A stretch of DNA of 64,000 nt from contig OZ037765.1 of NCBI GenBank assembly GCA_964035545.1, positions 10,364,698 to 10,428,697 of the forward strand, read 5' to 3'. The notes beneath the pieces are model-generated. The model had not been told where the DNA came from. It was given only the letters and a program-made list of their open reading frames with translations, and made no database searches. Source of the stretch: Bugula neritina. Its lineage: Eukaryota; Animalia; Bryozoa. Position 1 is the stretch's first letter. Each line of letters starts with the position of its first letter. A program made the position numbers and the translations under genes. This document shows positions 52,701 to 64,000 of this stretch, piece by piece.

Positions 52701-52777
52701 AAATCAATTTGAATTATTCTTTTCAAAACACGGGCATGGTACATGTAACATAATACTCATATTTTAAAACTTACCAT
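38526..52777 (-). CDS. Predicted single fused ORF, DDT-WHIM-WSD::BCL9, ~1130 aa, 13 coding exons
   Basis: Phase-0 donor GAG|gtgcag at 44161 matches phase-0 acceptor ccttgtag|ACG at 43719, giving ...IKPLLE|TQPPEP... and one uninterrupted 3393-nt frame. Confidence 0.65.
42600..43040. repeat. (AGT/ACT)n-rich low-complexity intronic tract
   Basis: Degenerate trinucleotide repeats that switch strand polarity at ~42800 and ~42940. Confidence 0.85.
43908..44151. repeat. Minisatellite, 18-bp unit (gtgtagctgtataacaca), ~13 copies
   Basis: Directly visible; source of the repetitive ORFs at 43865-44155. Confidence 0.95.
44161..52777 (-). CDS. CECR2/RSF1-like DDT-WHIM1-WSD (ISWI-interacting) module, ~215 aa; exons 52777-52775, 52607-52512, 52301-52207, 51805-51700, 50676-50575, 50097-50043, 44348-44161
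   Basis: DDT-like ELPYVAHFVNNKRALMKFPNVEIRSFE...LFQDIVSRLL; WHIM1-like DFISVTGPDRLRILKWLAD; WSD-like VGQDSENRTYWYFDDLRLY; WHIM3-like WQCLATSCSTWEEVIGNF...EQDLHAYL. Phases are all compatible and no bromodomain follows. Confidence 0.85.
44408..44621. repeat. Minisatellite, 20-bp unit (agtatgtacactacagtaag), ~10 copies
   Basis: Directly visible. Confidence 0.95.
48483..49162. mobile_element. CACTA/CMC-like non-autonomous element
   Basis: Termini CACTG...CAGTG; TIR CACTG(A/G)CTTT(C/T)CA(C/T)G; multiple subterminal GATCGATCT repeats; near-TSD att/atc. Confidence 0.65.
50423..50516. repeat. Tandem array (2.5 copies) of a 38-bp palindromic unit
   Basis: catataatattactagga-c-tcctagtaatattatatg: 18-bp arms with a 1-nt loop. 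Confidence 0.9.
50928..51406. mobile_element. MULE-like MITE
   Basis: GG...CC ends; imperfect ~55-bp TIRs built of TCCGAAGG-CATT repeats; 9-bp near-TSD gatttggtg/gatttagtg. Confidence 0.7.
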
Positions 52778-53469
52778 GTGAATATTCAATAACTTTTTGG
52801 TTTGCTAGAAGTTATTACCATTCAAACATATCAGAGAGCTAGCCATCATGCGTCATTCCACGCAGGATTGCCTTGTAACTAAAACTATATAGAATTAGTA
52901 TATCTTATGAGAATGTCACCAACACCAGAAACTAGATAGTCGTTGCTACTTTTTTATTCAGTGGTATTTCATCTTCATTCCATTTTGAAATTAGAGTTAT
53001 CTGCTCATATGCTATTGCTATGAGGCATATGCAAAAGAGTTATCCCAAATTTTTCCAGCAGATATTTGTAGCAACAAAAACAAAGTATTTTAAACACCAA
53101 CTAAAAACCTATGCTAAGCAAAAATCAACATCCTTGCATCTAACAAATTGCAATGCCCTTGCAATTTAATTACTGCAAGCAGCAATATCATCATAAAGAA
53201 CTATTATTAAATACTTCAAGTCAACATTATGATTTATATTAAAGTGAAAAAATTTCGCCTTCAAGTTTAACTTCAACAGAGGTCCGATTCCTCTCTAGCA
53301 GCAATTCAACTGGCAGAGGTGAGTGCCTATGTATACCTGCTACCAGATTAATTTAACCAGTCAGCATTTATTGATTGTTATTGTATTAGTTTCTTTACTA
53401 CATAGTACATTTATCTGATATATCTAACTGTATACAAGCAACTGTAAATATTTTAATTTACAATATTTA

Positions 53470-54195
53470 CTTATCAAATTCAATATAATTAAAATGATAA
53501 TTATCATTATGATATTTAATATTAATATAAGATCATAATGATAATGCTAATAATAATATAAATATCATTTAATTTTAATAAAATTATTCTTAATTATAAT
53601 TGCAATCATTAATCATTATGATTATCAGTATCAACAAGAAAATCAACATCAACATGGCTATGGTGATTGATATTAATGAAATGATGTTTATATTATCAAT
53701 ATGATTGAATATGAATAATGAACTTGAAATGAAGTGAATATCAATATGAATATGACAATATGAATATTGAATATCAGAATATGAATTTCAATACTAATTC
53801 AGTCTAATGCAATACTAATACTTATACTAATAGTAATACTAATACTTATACTAATACTAATAGTCAATAATATTATTATTAATATAAAAATAAATATCAT
53901 CTGCATCAAATTCAATATGAATATGAGAATACTATTATTATAACTATAACTATAAGTATTACTATTAGTAGTATTACAGTATTACTCACTATTACTGTAT
54001 TAGTATTAGTATTACTATTAGTATAACTATAGCCTATAACGATAAGTATAAGATTAAGTATAACTATAAGTATAAGTATAAGACTAAGTATTACTATTAC
54101 CGTATTAGCATTACTATTACTATACTATAGTAATACTATTAGTATTAGTATTACTATTACTATTACTATTAGTATTACTATTAGTATTACTACCA
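53470..54195. repeat. Extremely AT-rich low-complexity tract (TAT/TAC/ATATGA-type repeats)
   Basis: Directly visible; lies in a 5' UTR intron of the minus-strand gene. Confidence 0.85.
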
Positions 54196-54282
54196 GTAAA
54201 GATAATCATCAATGCGGGGAAAGTTGCGACTTTCACAATCTAAAAAATTAATTAGAGTTTCGAAATTCTAATGTATGTTTAC

Positions 54283-54870
54283 CTGTCCTGTCCGGTTCAG
54301 TTTTCAAGGCTCAATTAATATTAAATCTATCCTATTAGTATTAGGTTTAACTTCAGTTTTAACTAATAACAAAATTGGAAACCACTGGTCAACTCGGCCT
54401 TGAAAGTCACGTGACCACTAATTGAATCTGTTCTTTTAATGAAATGAGCTATGATTGGATAACTCAATGCTTTGTCCAATCATTACCATTTAATATGAAC
54501 GAATCAAGTGGTGATTTAATCATATAGAGTTATCTACCTTAGTTTCATTCTCGCAACTCAAAGAAAAATTGCGTATTTCCAAAAGATCAATAGCAAAATT
54601 AGAGGAGATAACTCTTAGTTGCTAAAAAGTTTCGTAAAGCCGCAACCGATGGAGGTGTTTTCTGCAATGACTGATTTGCACTCCGACCATTGAATTATAA
54701 CTTTTAGTTCAGTGACTCCGACAATTAATTGTTGAAAAGGTTGTTGAGAAAAATTATTTTAAATTAATTTTGTAATTATTTTATTTATTACACACATTTT
54801 TATTGTTAACTTTCATCTCAATACTTGATAAACGCAGATACCCTTTATTCAACTCACTAGCAACCAAAAG
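54283..54870. promoter_or_regulatory. Putative bidirectional promoter shared by the DDT-BCL9 gene (-) and LRRC72 (+)
   Basis: Minus-strand donor CAG|gtaaac at 54283 and plus-strand ATG at 54871. Between them lie palindromic GTCACGTGAC (54406-54415), two opposed CCAAT boxes (54454, 54476) and RFX-like half sites (GTTGCTA ~54618, TAGCAAC ~54858). Confidence 0.6.
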
Positions 54871-57800
54871 ATGGCTGACGGTCACAATATTAATTGGAGG
54901 GAAATTTGCGATAAGGTAAAAAATCATTTTATTTTGAGGTATTGCGTATGCTTATAAACATGAACATAAAATTGATTGTTAGCTAATTATATTTATGTAA
55001 GCCAGTAAGTCAAATTGCAATGAACACCAAGATAAGCAAGTTTTTGATATTTCATTATTTGGATTCATATTCATATTGATATTCATATTCATATTGGTCA
55101 TTGGATTGGATTTGGTGTTGTTATGCAGTTATACTTATTATTATACTTATACTTATTGCAATTGATTAAATTAATGTGTTATTTGATTTGAAATATAATT
55201 TATTAATATAAAATAAGAAATATTTAAATATTTACTCAACTTTTACCCATTGGCGGCCCTCAAAGTCATTGGCGGCCATTGGGTACCAGCAGTATGATTA
55301 GGATTATTATGAAATGTATTGCACATCATGATCATCATTATGACTAATTTCAATGTGAATATGATATAATTGTTTTGATGCTCATTTTGAGGGTGTTTGT
55401 TGTCAAGTTTTCCGCATGCCTCAAAGTATGCAAAATTCAAAGCACTAAAACTTACAGCATCTGACAGCAATGATGACTACTTATGATTCTATATGTTTAG
55501 CCAATGAAAAAGTGTATATTTTATTGATAGATCATTGGATAGTTATTCATAAGTCATAAGATACTTATAATTGTATAGTAAAAAAGTGCATGTGAATGTA
55601 ATTATCTTCTTTTTTACCACTAGCTCAATTACAGCTCATTATTTAGTAACAAATTTATCTACATGAATACTACTCTTGTATTTTTTAATAATATATATTT
55701 ATTTTTAGGATATAAAAAAGCAAAAAAGTAATAAAAATGTTAAACGAGACCTTGATGTGATAGAAATATGTCTTAACGAAAGGTGGGTTCAACTTTACAT
55801 AACATTTAAACAGTTTAAAAACTTATAAGGTGCTTAAAGCTAGTTCCATGCAGTAGTTGTCTATATACAAATATCAAATTTCTTACATTATTCATAACAC
55901 ATCTTGTGCACATGCACATCTTTACGAATATAAAAAACTATATTTAGGTATATTACATATGGTTATTTTATTATCTAATTATGACTTTTGTTAGAGCACC
56001 ACAAAACTATAAAAGATTAGATCAGTTGCCTATCATACTGACATTCTGTGCAGTACACATGTTATATACATTCAAATATTATGGCGAGCTCACCAGATAT
56101 AGCTTCTTTATTCGGTTACTTGAGTCCAATTCTCATTAAGGTCGATTTTTCAATAATAATGTAGCGTAGTATACTACTAGCATATTATTGTTTTTTTCGG
56201 TTTGTACAACAGATGTCAGTTGTAAATTTGTCAAAAGCTTAGGTATCTATAGGCATTTGAGCTAGATCTAGAAAGTTACAGTTTATATGCAATATTCCAC
56301 ATATCTGATGTGTATGTACAATAATATATTTTGTAGAAAATTGGAGAGTGTATGCAACTTCAAGCAGTACCCGAATCTCAAGTATCTGTGGCTTTCAAAT
56401 AACAGAGTGGGTTTTCAAAGCATAATTTTATGATGAAAATATAAAATAAAAGTTTTATTTTTACTTAGAATATTTTATTTGAAAACCTAGAAAATATTTT
56501 TACTATGGTTATTCCGATAATAAGAGCTATTCATTAGTTTTAACATAAAATATACTAAGTAAGCATGATGCTTCTAGTTTATATTTTTATTAAATATTTT
56601 TACTGATATTATAAAACTGTAAGTAACTTGAAGTTTTATGTGTTTACCGCTAAAATTACCAAAAATTCTTGTATAAGCTAGTTTGTTTTCCTCTGATATA
56701 TGTTTTTTTATATAAATTCTAATAATATGTTTTTGACTTACAGCTGAGGCATATTGATTGCTTGGGTTTTAATTTTCGAATAACAGAGCTGCACTTACAG
56801 TATAATTTTCTCAAAGATATAACTGGAGCTTTGAGTCACCTTACACAGATAGAGGTGCTCATGCTTCAAGGCAATCAACTCACAAATCTGGAGAAGGTTA
56901 TTAAAGAATTCAGACGAATGCAGAACTTACAAATTCTCAGTAAGTTCAATTTAGTATATATTAGCATTCACTGCATGTATATGTGTATAATCATAACGGT
57001 TATGATAAAAATAATAAACATTAATCATGAAAAATTCCAGCTGTATTTACTACTACTGATAAGAACAGAACTTTAAAAAAATTGTTTGCTACACACACTT
57101 CCTAATAATTAATCGTTCGAAAAAGCTTTACCATCGCTAGATTAGTAATTAAGTATACTTGAACGTACAAGAAATTGGCTCAAATGAGTTATACTGTGCT
57201 TTAATGAAAAAATAAGTGTTTTTAAACATATGTACTTAAATGTACTAGAGCAGCAAATAATTACATATATGATTTTTAATATCTACCCTAAGATTGTACA
57301 AATATTTTATTATGCTGTTATACATACTCAACATACAGTTATAGCCTAAATGTATTGTATAAGTTGAAAATATTTATTGAATTTTAGACATGTTTGACAA
57401 CCCTTTAGCTCAAGAGAAAGATTACAGACATTATACAATCTACCATATTCCAAGTGTCGCAATATTGGATAGAAAAGGTAACGTACTGCCATTCTAAGAA
57501 CCCTAAAACCATATTCGCTTAACATATTATAATAAAGGTGGTAGTCAGATAAGTTGCTAAGGAACATGTACACTTGTATGTACAAACACACTCTACAACG
57601 AAGGTTTCGAGTCATACCACACTATTCTTTATCTATTTTTCAGATTATTCTATTACTTCTAATTTTCATTTTACGTCTTATAAAAGCAACTGCTTCAAGT
57701 TGTTATATAGGGTTAATATCTCCTTATGTAGTTTTTCTCTCAGGATATTTATTCTGCAATCACACTCTACCTCTGTTGTTATCTTATTGCCTTGTCCTAA

Positions 57801-59130
57801 TTTGCATCTTTTTTAAAAATTGTTTCTTCAAATTTTGTCAGCTTGCACAAATGAAATCTTCCACCTGGTTTACAGTTTTATCTCAAATCTCTTGATTTTT
57901 ATCTACTCTATAATTCCACCCATGTTGGCATGTTGGTTTACTTTTTTCACCAAATACTCCTCGTAGTGCATTTTTCTGCTTCTTGAATTTTATATCTGCT
58001 TTCTTTCTGGTGCGAGAATCTAGAAAAAATTTGATGCTATTCACAAGAGCCTTTTTCAAGATGCGTTACATTTGAGATCGTTGAGAAAAGCTGAAGATTG
58101 GATCCTGGCAACAGCCATGCGTCACTGGAATATTTGTTGTTCTTCCACGAGTTTGCTGCCATTGTGCACCTGTTCTGTGCTGTACTCACAAAATGTCTGG
58201 GTTGTGTTTCTTACCGATAATGACAGTCTAGTCTATACTGTTGTTGATTTCTTCTTGTCGGTATTTAATACAGAAGTTCAAAGTAAAGAACGAAGTGTTG
58301 CCAAAAAAGTTTATGACCAGAAAAATGAAATGGTCTGTGAGACGATAGCGTTTTTAAGGAGGTCCCAAGGTCCACCCGATCTGTACTACAGAAGGAATCA
58401 TGATCTGAAATTGACCACAGCGGTTTCACCTACTCAGCTTTTTCAAATGCAAAGGTCTAGTTTCAACTATATTACCTTTAGTAATTCATGTTAATTAATT
58501 TATACTGCTTATGCTTTATGAGGTATGAATTTTGTGTAGTAGTGATATATGCACTAAACATTTGCAAGTGATAGATGTTGGAGTGTTTTGTGACAAACAT
58601 ACTGCTATACATTATCACTGTTTTTGATGTTGAATGCCGTTGGTCAAAATTATGTATTAGAAAGCAAGCATATTTCTTCAAAAATGCTTTTTAAGTTCCT
58701 TTGAATATGCAATGTTTTACAAGCAAAAGGTTTCATATATATCAAAAAAACACTGTTTTTTTAATCCGTCTTTCATCACACGTTTATTTTTATGACAAAC
58801 AGCAGCTTTAATGTTTTTCTGTAAAAATACCTTTTTAAGTAATTACATTAATATCCGACTCCAAAATGAGTACATTCAGAAACAGGAGAAAACAACTCTT
58901 TTTTTATCAGCAAAATTACAGTGAAGCTTTGGAAATTTTACTACCTGGAAATATACTTTTATAGGCCAACTACAGTGGAGCTTGAAACAGCATTCAATAG
59001 TCGTGTTCAAACCAAAGCTCTGTGGACATACAATTACCTTGATTGGTCACAGATACCTTCACCTCATGAGAGACGGATTAACAGAGAGTTGCAAGTTGAA
59101 CCAGAAGTGTTGTCTGTTGCTTTCAAGTAG
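54871..59130 (+). CDS. LRRC72: Leucine-rich repeat-containing protein 72-like, ~273 aa; exons 54871-54915, 55709-55782, 56337-56406, 56744-56939, 57388-57477, 58274-58454, 58965-59130
   Basis: KRDLDVIEICL, LRRs (LKYLWLSNNRL, ITELHLQYNFL, IEVLMLQGNQL), LRRcap NPLAQEKDYRHYTIYHIPSVAILD, then ETIAF and LDWSQIPSPHERR. This matches my recollection of LRRC72 throughout; phases are consistent. Confidence 0.88.
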
Positions 59131-60135
59131 CAGATTTAAACAAAATGTCCGTCATAAAACATTTCTCTTCTTATAGCAATACAGTCTAGAGTTTATTCCA
59201 TGTTTTAGAAGAAAATAATGTAGATAATACTCATAAGCATATTATATATTTTAGTATTGTTATTGGCTTGTCTTTAGAAGCATTACTGTTGGATGATTTA
59301 ATAACAGTTACTTTATTTTTAGATTTGTATTTTATACAGGACTTTGGCTACACCCATTACTTACTATAATTGTGGGTAGAAAAATTATTATGAGGACATA
59401 TTGAAAATATTTAACAAAAGCTAGTGGGATTTTTCTAAAAGTACTTACTATTTTTATGAATATTTAGTAGTAAAAATTAACTTGCAGTTTCTCTACCAGG
59501 CTTGGGTTGAGTAAGTAAATACAGTGCTAGCAGCAAAAACTTGGAAAAAACAGTGTTGTAAAACCAAATTGCTTATCAGAGTTACAAATAGATTACAATT
59601 ATGATCTAATAATGATAGTGATAACAAAAAAGATAGCAAATGATGCTCGTCAGAGAATATAATGTTTTGAAATATTTTTCTCAGATTGATTGCCAAAAAT
59701 AGATTAAATGCTAAAAAATGCAAATTAAACAGAAATTGCAAAAAAAACATAATATAAGTATGTTATAATCTCATAATACTCAAAACCTTTGGCTACTAAA
59801 ATACATTTAATTAAAATGGTATATGATGTATTCATAAATCCATAGAACGAGTATAGTCAGGATCTCAATATTTATATGCTCAAATTGAAAACAAACAAAC
59901 TTTTATTTTGATTAGAAATGCTCATGCAGTGGTCAAACCCTTTGTAACAAAAATATAGCAAAAGCATGGATAAATTAAAAACACTATAAACTACTAAATC
60001 CATAGAACATGTTGAATATCAAATAATGCAAACTATAAAAGATTGAAAGAGTACTGATGTGAATCGGATTACTACATCTACTGCTACAGGCATGTAGTTC
60101 TGTCATTATGTACATATTGCACTGGCGGAGTGAGA

Positions 60136-62443
60136 CTAGGAATCTGCAGGCTTCCCATTGTTATTTGCAGACAGTAGGTGAATCTGCTCATGGCTTGAAT
60201 TATCCTTCTGAAAATACAACATAATTATTTCAAAACAAAAGTGATATACAGCAATTTAAAGATACAACTTTTAAAATTACTAAGTGAAAAAATTCCTAAG
60301 AAATCAACTGAAATCTTGAGCAGTGCAAAATGTTCAACCAGCAAAGATAACAAGTTACAAGTATGAACTCATCAGTTTATTCCTATTAGGTACACTAGTT
60401 AGTTGACTCTTGCAATAAATTCCTTAAAAACATCACAGTTTGCTAACTCCATCCGGCTTTTAAAGGTTTAAAACCGGCAAAGTTAATATTTTGGAATTTT
60501 ATTATATGCCCAGTGCAAACTATTCAACTTTATACTTCTGTTATGCTAGATAGCAGTGAAACTATATATAATTACAAAGCACATAATTAGCACAAATATG
60601 CTTAATGATCAAAGAAAATATGCAATAGTTTCTTGTAAATGTAGAACTGATAAAGGAAATTCAGACAAACAATTGTTTGGCAGTAATTTTCATATATGCA
60701 CTTCATCTCAGAATGTGAATTAAAACACAATTGAAATCTCTCAATTGACCAAAACATGTCAGCCATTACAACTCTAATAAAATTATACATTAACTTAAAC
60801 TTAATTAAATCAGCTCAAAATTATTTTAAAAACAAATATTTATCAACACTATGGAATCTTGGATGTTCCACATGCTTTAATGCGGAGATATTCTGTTATT
60901 GAAAATTTCATTTAAATGAGTTGCAATATAAACACTTCGTATTTTTTACAAAAGCAATACTATATAGCTTCAGCTAATTAAATAGATAATATAAAAGAAA
61001 ATGTAATTAAATGATTTAAAATTTTAACTTCATACCTCAACACCAGAACTCTGCACTGTTCCAGGTTCAATGTCAGTATTGCTAGCTTCACCATGAGAAG
61101 AGACATTACCCGACTCATTTGCTCTTCTTTCTCTTCTTTCTCTTCTTTTCTTCCTTCTAAAATATAGATATAATTTATAATATTTTTAACTATATAAAGT
61201 CTTCAATAGATGCAACAACTTTGATGTACTCTGGTGGTTAAATTACCAACATTTAACTCAGGAGTTGTCTTATATATTTACACTAACTTTTGTGGACAAC
61301 TGTTGCATATGTTGCATTGATGCTAACATCAATACCTTCATTAAAATGATAAAATTGGCAGTCATATTAAAGTTGGTAGCCATTTGAATTTATCTTTGCT
61401 GCTTCAAGCACAAGGTAACAACTAAAAATGTGTTACTTCAAACATTTTATTAAGCTAACTTTTATCATAAATTGATCGCAAAATCGGAAGGAAGCATTGA
61501 AAGTACCTGACTACAGGTGCCATCAATTTTTCTACCAGCATACATCAGCCCTTTTATTTACCAAATTATAAGTTATTTATTATATTATACAAGCATGACT
61601 ATATCTTGAAGGTAGGTGCAGAACTGGAGGAATTGAGAAAAGCCTGTGTTCTAGGTGATAAATTTAGCAAAAAGTTGTGTTCTCACAGGATATTCAACTC
61701 ACTTAATAACTAACAATCATATAGCTAAAATTAAGGAACTTAAGCAAATAACGTGTCTCTATTGAATCTAGATGAAAATGTTATCTAAGGTTGTGCAGGT
61801 ACCTTCTCCTAGCATGTGTGACTCAAGCGACTATTAATACAGTAGCGTACTCAGACTGCCAGCTGCATTAACAAGCAGGTAAAAAATAAATATTCAAGTG
61901 CATCAGTGGTCAGTAATAAATGTGATTATATATATTTCTGTGACTTTATACTCAGCTATGCATGACAACAGAGTATATCTCTGTATACAAAAGATACCTA
62001 CATTAGCAGTAAAAACATTTTTCATTTGGTTTGGATTTTCTAAATATTTTATTAGCGTTATGGGATGATCACATTATTTTCTAGCAGAGGACTTCCCCCA
62101 ACATTTGCTAGAATCATACCCACTTCAAAATATAGTTGCTTTTTAACTTGCTAATTATTGAAAAGGAACAGAATATTGTGCACATTAGCTCAAAGAAATC
62201 TGGAAATTTACAGTGAAAAATCAGCCATGACCATCAAAACGAGTACAAAACTACTTTTTGCTGTGTTTCTAAACTTTTAGCCCAAGTCTAAACTCTAAAG
62301 GTAGGTTTCTGGGAGAGGGAGTAGTTTTAGCCTAATAGACATAATTTATACTTACATGAAGCAAATTAGAAGTACCACAAGAGTTATGACCACAGCAGTA
62401 CAGACTACACCAATAGCGGCATACAGAGAGGCTCCTCGAGTTA
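60136..62443 (-). CDS. 3' part of a type-I single-pass membrane protein gene (exons 62443-62356, 61156-61036, 60207-60136); upstream exons unresolved (candidate 63227-63123 and beyond the window)
   Basis: TM segment LYAAIGVVCTAVVITLVVLLICFI is followed by the basic stop-transfer RKKRRERRERR and a short tail ending GKPADS*. Introns are GT-AG with matching phases. Confidence 0.75.
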
Positions 62444-64000
62444 CTAAAATACATCATACAATTTTCAGTTAACTTTTTAAGAATTGTATATTCAAGTTAC
62501 AAGAAAATGCACTTATAAATAACAAAAATACATCTATAATCAAGACCTACAAGACTGTAACAATATAGCCCTGCCATTGTCTCACCTTAATGCTACACTA
62601 CCAACATAACATCAAATTGCACTGAACTAAAGTCTTGGTTATACAGAGTGTATTTGGAAGATAGAAACTAGAGAAATTAGAAAGTGTTGAGGTAAAGCAT
62701 GAATTCAAGTTGAGATAGCTAATATTATGGGCATTTCAACTAATTAGACATTTTTATGAACATTTATTTGTGTTTTAATTTTCACTTAGTTAATGGTTAT
62801 TTCAAACTAAAACACAGCATGTTGATCAACAAAAGGCATTAATACTTGCCATATAAATGCCATAAAAGTTCAACAGACTTCTCTATTATAATTGTTAATT
62901 ACTGTCAATGTGTTGCAGTTTCATTACAATTTTCCTTTTACCAAGGGCATGTATGAAATACTTGACATTTGACGGAACAGTTGAAGAACTTATTTATATA
63001 GAAATACAGTACTGAAAAATATCATTGACTTCTAATCTGATAGTTCACTGTAGCTCTAGAGTCTAGAGTCTAGTAGTTCCAACTTCAAACACCTCTGATC
63101 AGTGAATTGTAGATATGCATACCTATCTAAAGCTAATGCTATTTTTATTGCCTTCACTTCTTTTACTTGTTGATACTGTTGCATCATCTTATCCTCATTA
63201 CCACTAGTTCTACTACTTTCATGTTGCTAAATATAGGCTCATTGAAAAATAATTTGTTAGAAGTGGTGATCAAGACAAACAGTGCCCCCCCCCTCTATTC
63301 ACAGAACTTTTTTTAGCACACACCATTACTCATTGGTAGGTTCTTTAGAAATATTTAACTAAATTCTCTCACGTTACTTACTACTCATTAATTACTGGAG
63401 CAGAAGTAAGTGTATAAGTATTCTAGTTTATTTGATAAATTAGCTGATGATGCAGCAATGCACTTGGGTGAATTAGCTTATTGGCTACACTGTTTGTGTC
63501 TACATATTATTCTGTCCTTCCACATTTTACAACGTGGGCTAGCTTAGAAATTAGCCTATGATTTTCATAATTAGCCTGTTGTGAAACTGTTTATTATTGA
63601 AAGTTAGCATCACCATCTTATTGTATTTCATGTCTCTTTTACTTGACAAATGCCCAAAATCCTTTCCAAATGCATATTAAATTAAAGAATCCCTGACATA
63701 CTCCATCTATGCAGCATTGAAACATCATATATGTCTTTGCTATTATATGCTGACTGTTTGAAGATTGTGTGCTCAAACAATTTTGTTTCATAATAAATTT
63801 GGTGCAAATATGTCTTGAATTAATTTGGCACTTCTGGCATTTAGGAGCAGTAGTGGAGAAATTGAGATAGCCTCCAACGTTTAATTTTATTATTAAATTC
63901 TGATTGAAATTAGCATAACGTCTTATGCTACATTTCTAATTTAGAACACAGGGTTTTCTCAATATCTCTCTTACTGCACCTACCTCACTTCTGGCTGCTT

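Noticed and set aside
57540-58250. Possible Penelope/LINE remnant or hammerhead in LRRC72 intron 5
   Set aside because: Only a CGAAAC and a degenerate CTGA are visible on the minus strand; no intact core, stems or protein motif.

Overview
AT-rich, intron-rich animal (invertebrate-type) genomic DNA. I rebuilt all gene models by hand from GT/GC-AG sites, exon phase and protein motifs, so boundaries may be off by a few bases. From left to right: (1) a degenerate RTE-clade LINE (1-~2578, -); (2) a Cys-rich, signal-peptide-bearing membrane-protein gene (6839-4255/3740, -); (3) a CYP2-clan cytochrome P450 cluster with two intact 8-exon genes (10101-14503 and 27034-33138, +) and a broken third copy between them; (4) an intact-looking ~440-aa orphan gene (16980-20102, +) lying inside that broken copy; (5) a 13-exon minus-strand model (52777-38526, ~1130 aa) in which a CECR2/RSF1-type DDT-WHIM1-WSD (ISWI-partner) module splices in frame into BCL9/Legless with HD1 and HD2; (6) LRRC72 (54871-59130, +), head-to-head with (5); (7) the 3' part of a type-I membrane-protein gene (-). 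SINEs, MITEs, a solo LTR nested in an RTE fragment and several satellites are interspersed. The standout observation is the apparent ISWI-adaptor::BCL9 fusion, which would join a chromatin-remodeller-binding module to the Wnt/beta-catenin co-activator. It needs transcript evidence because the joining donor is weak and is followed by an in-frame stop if unspliced.
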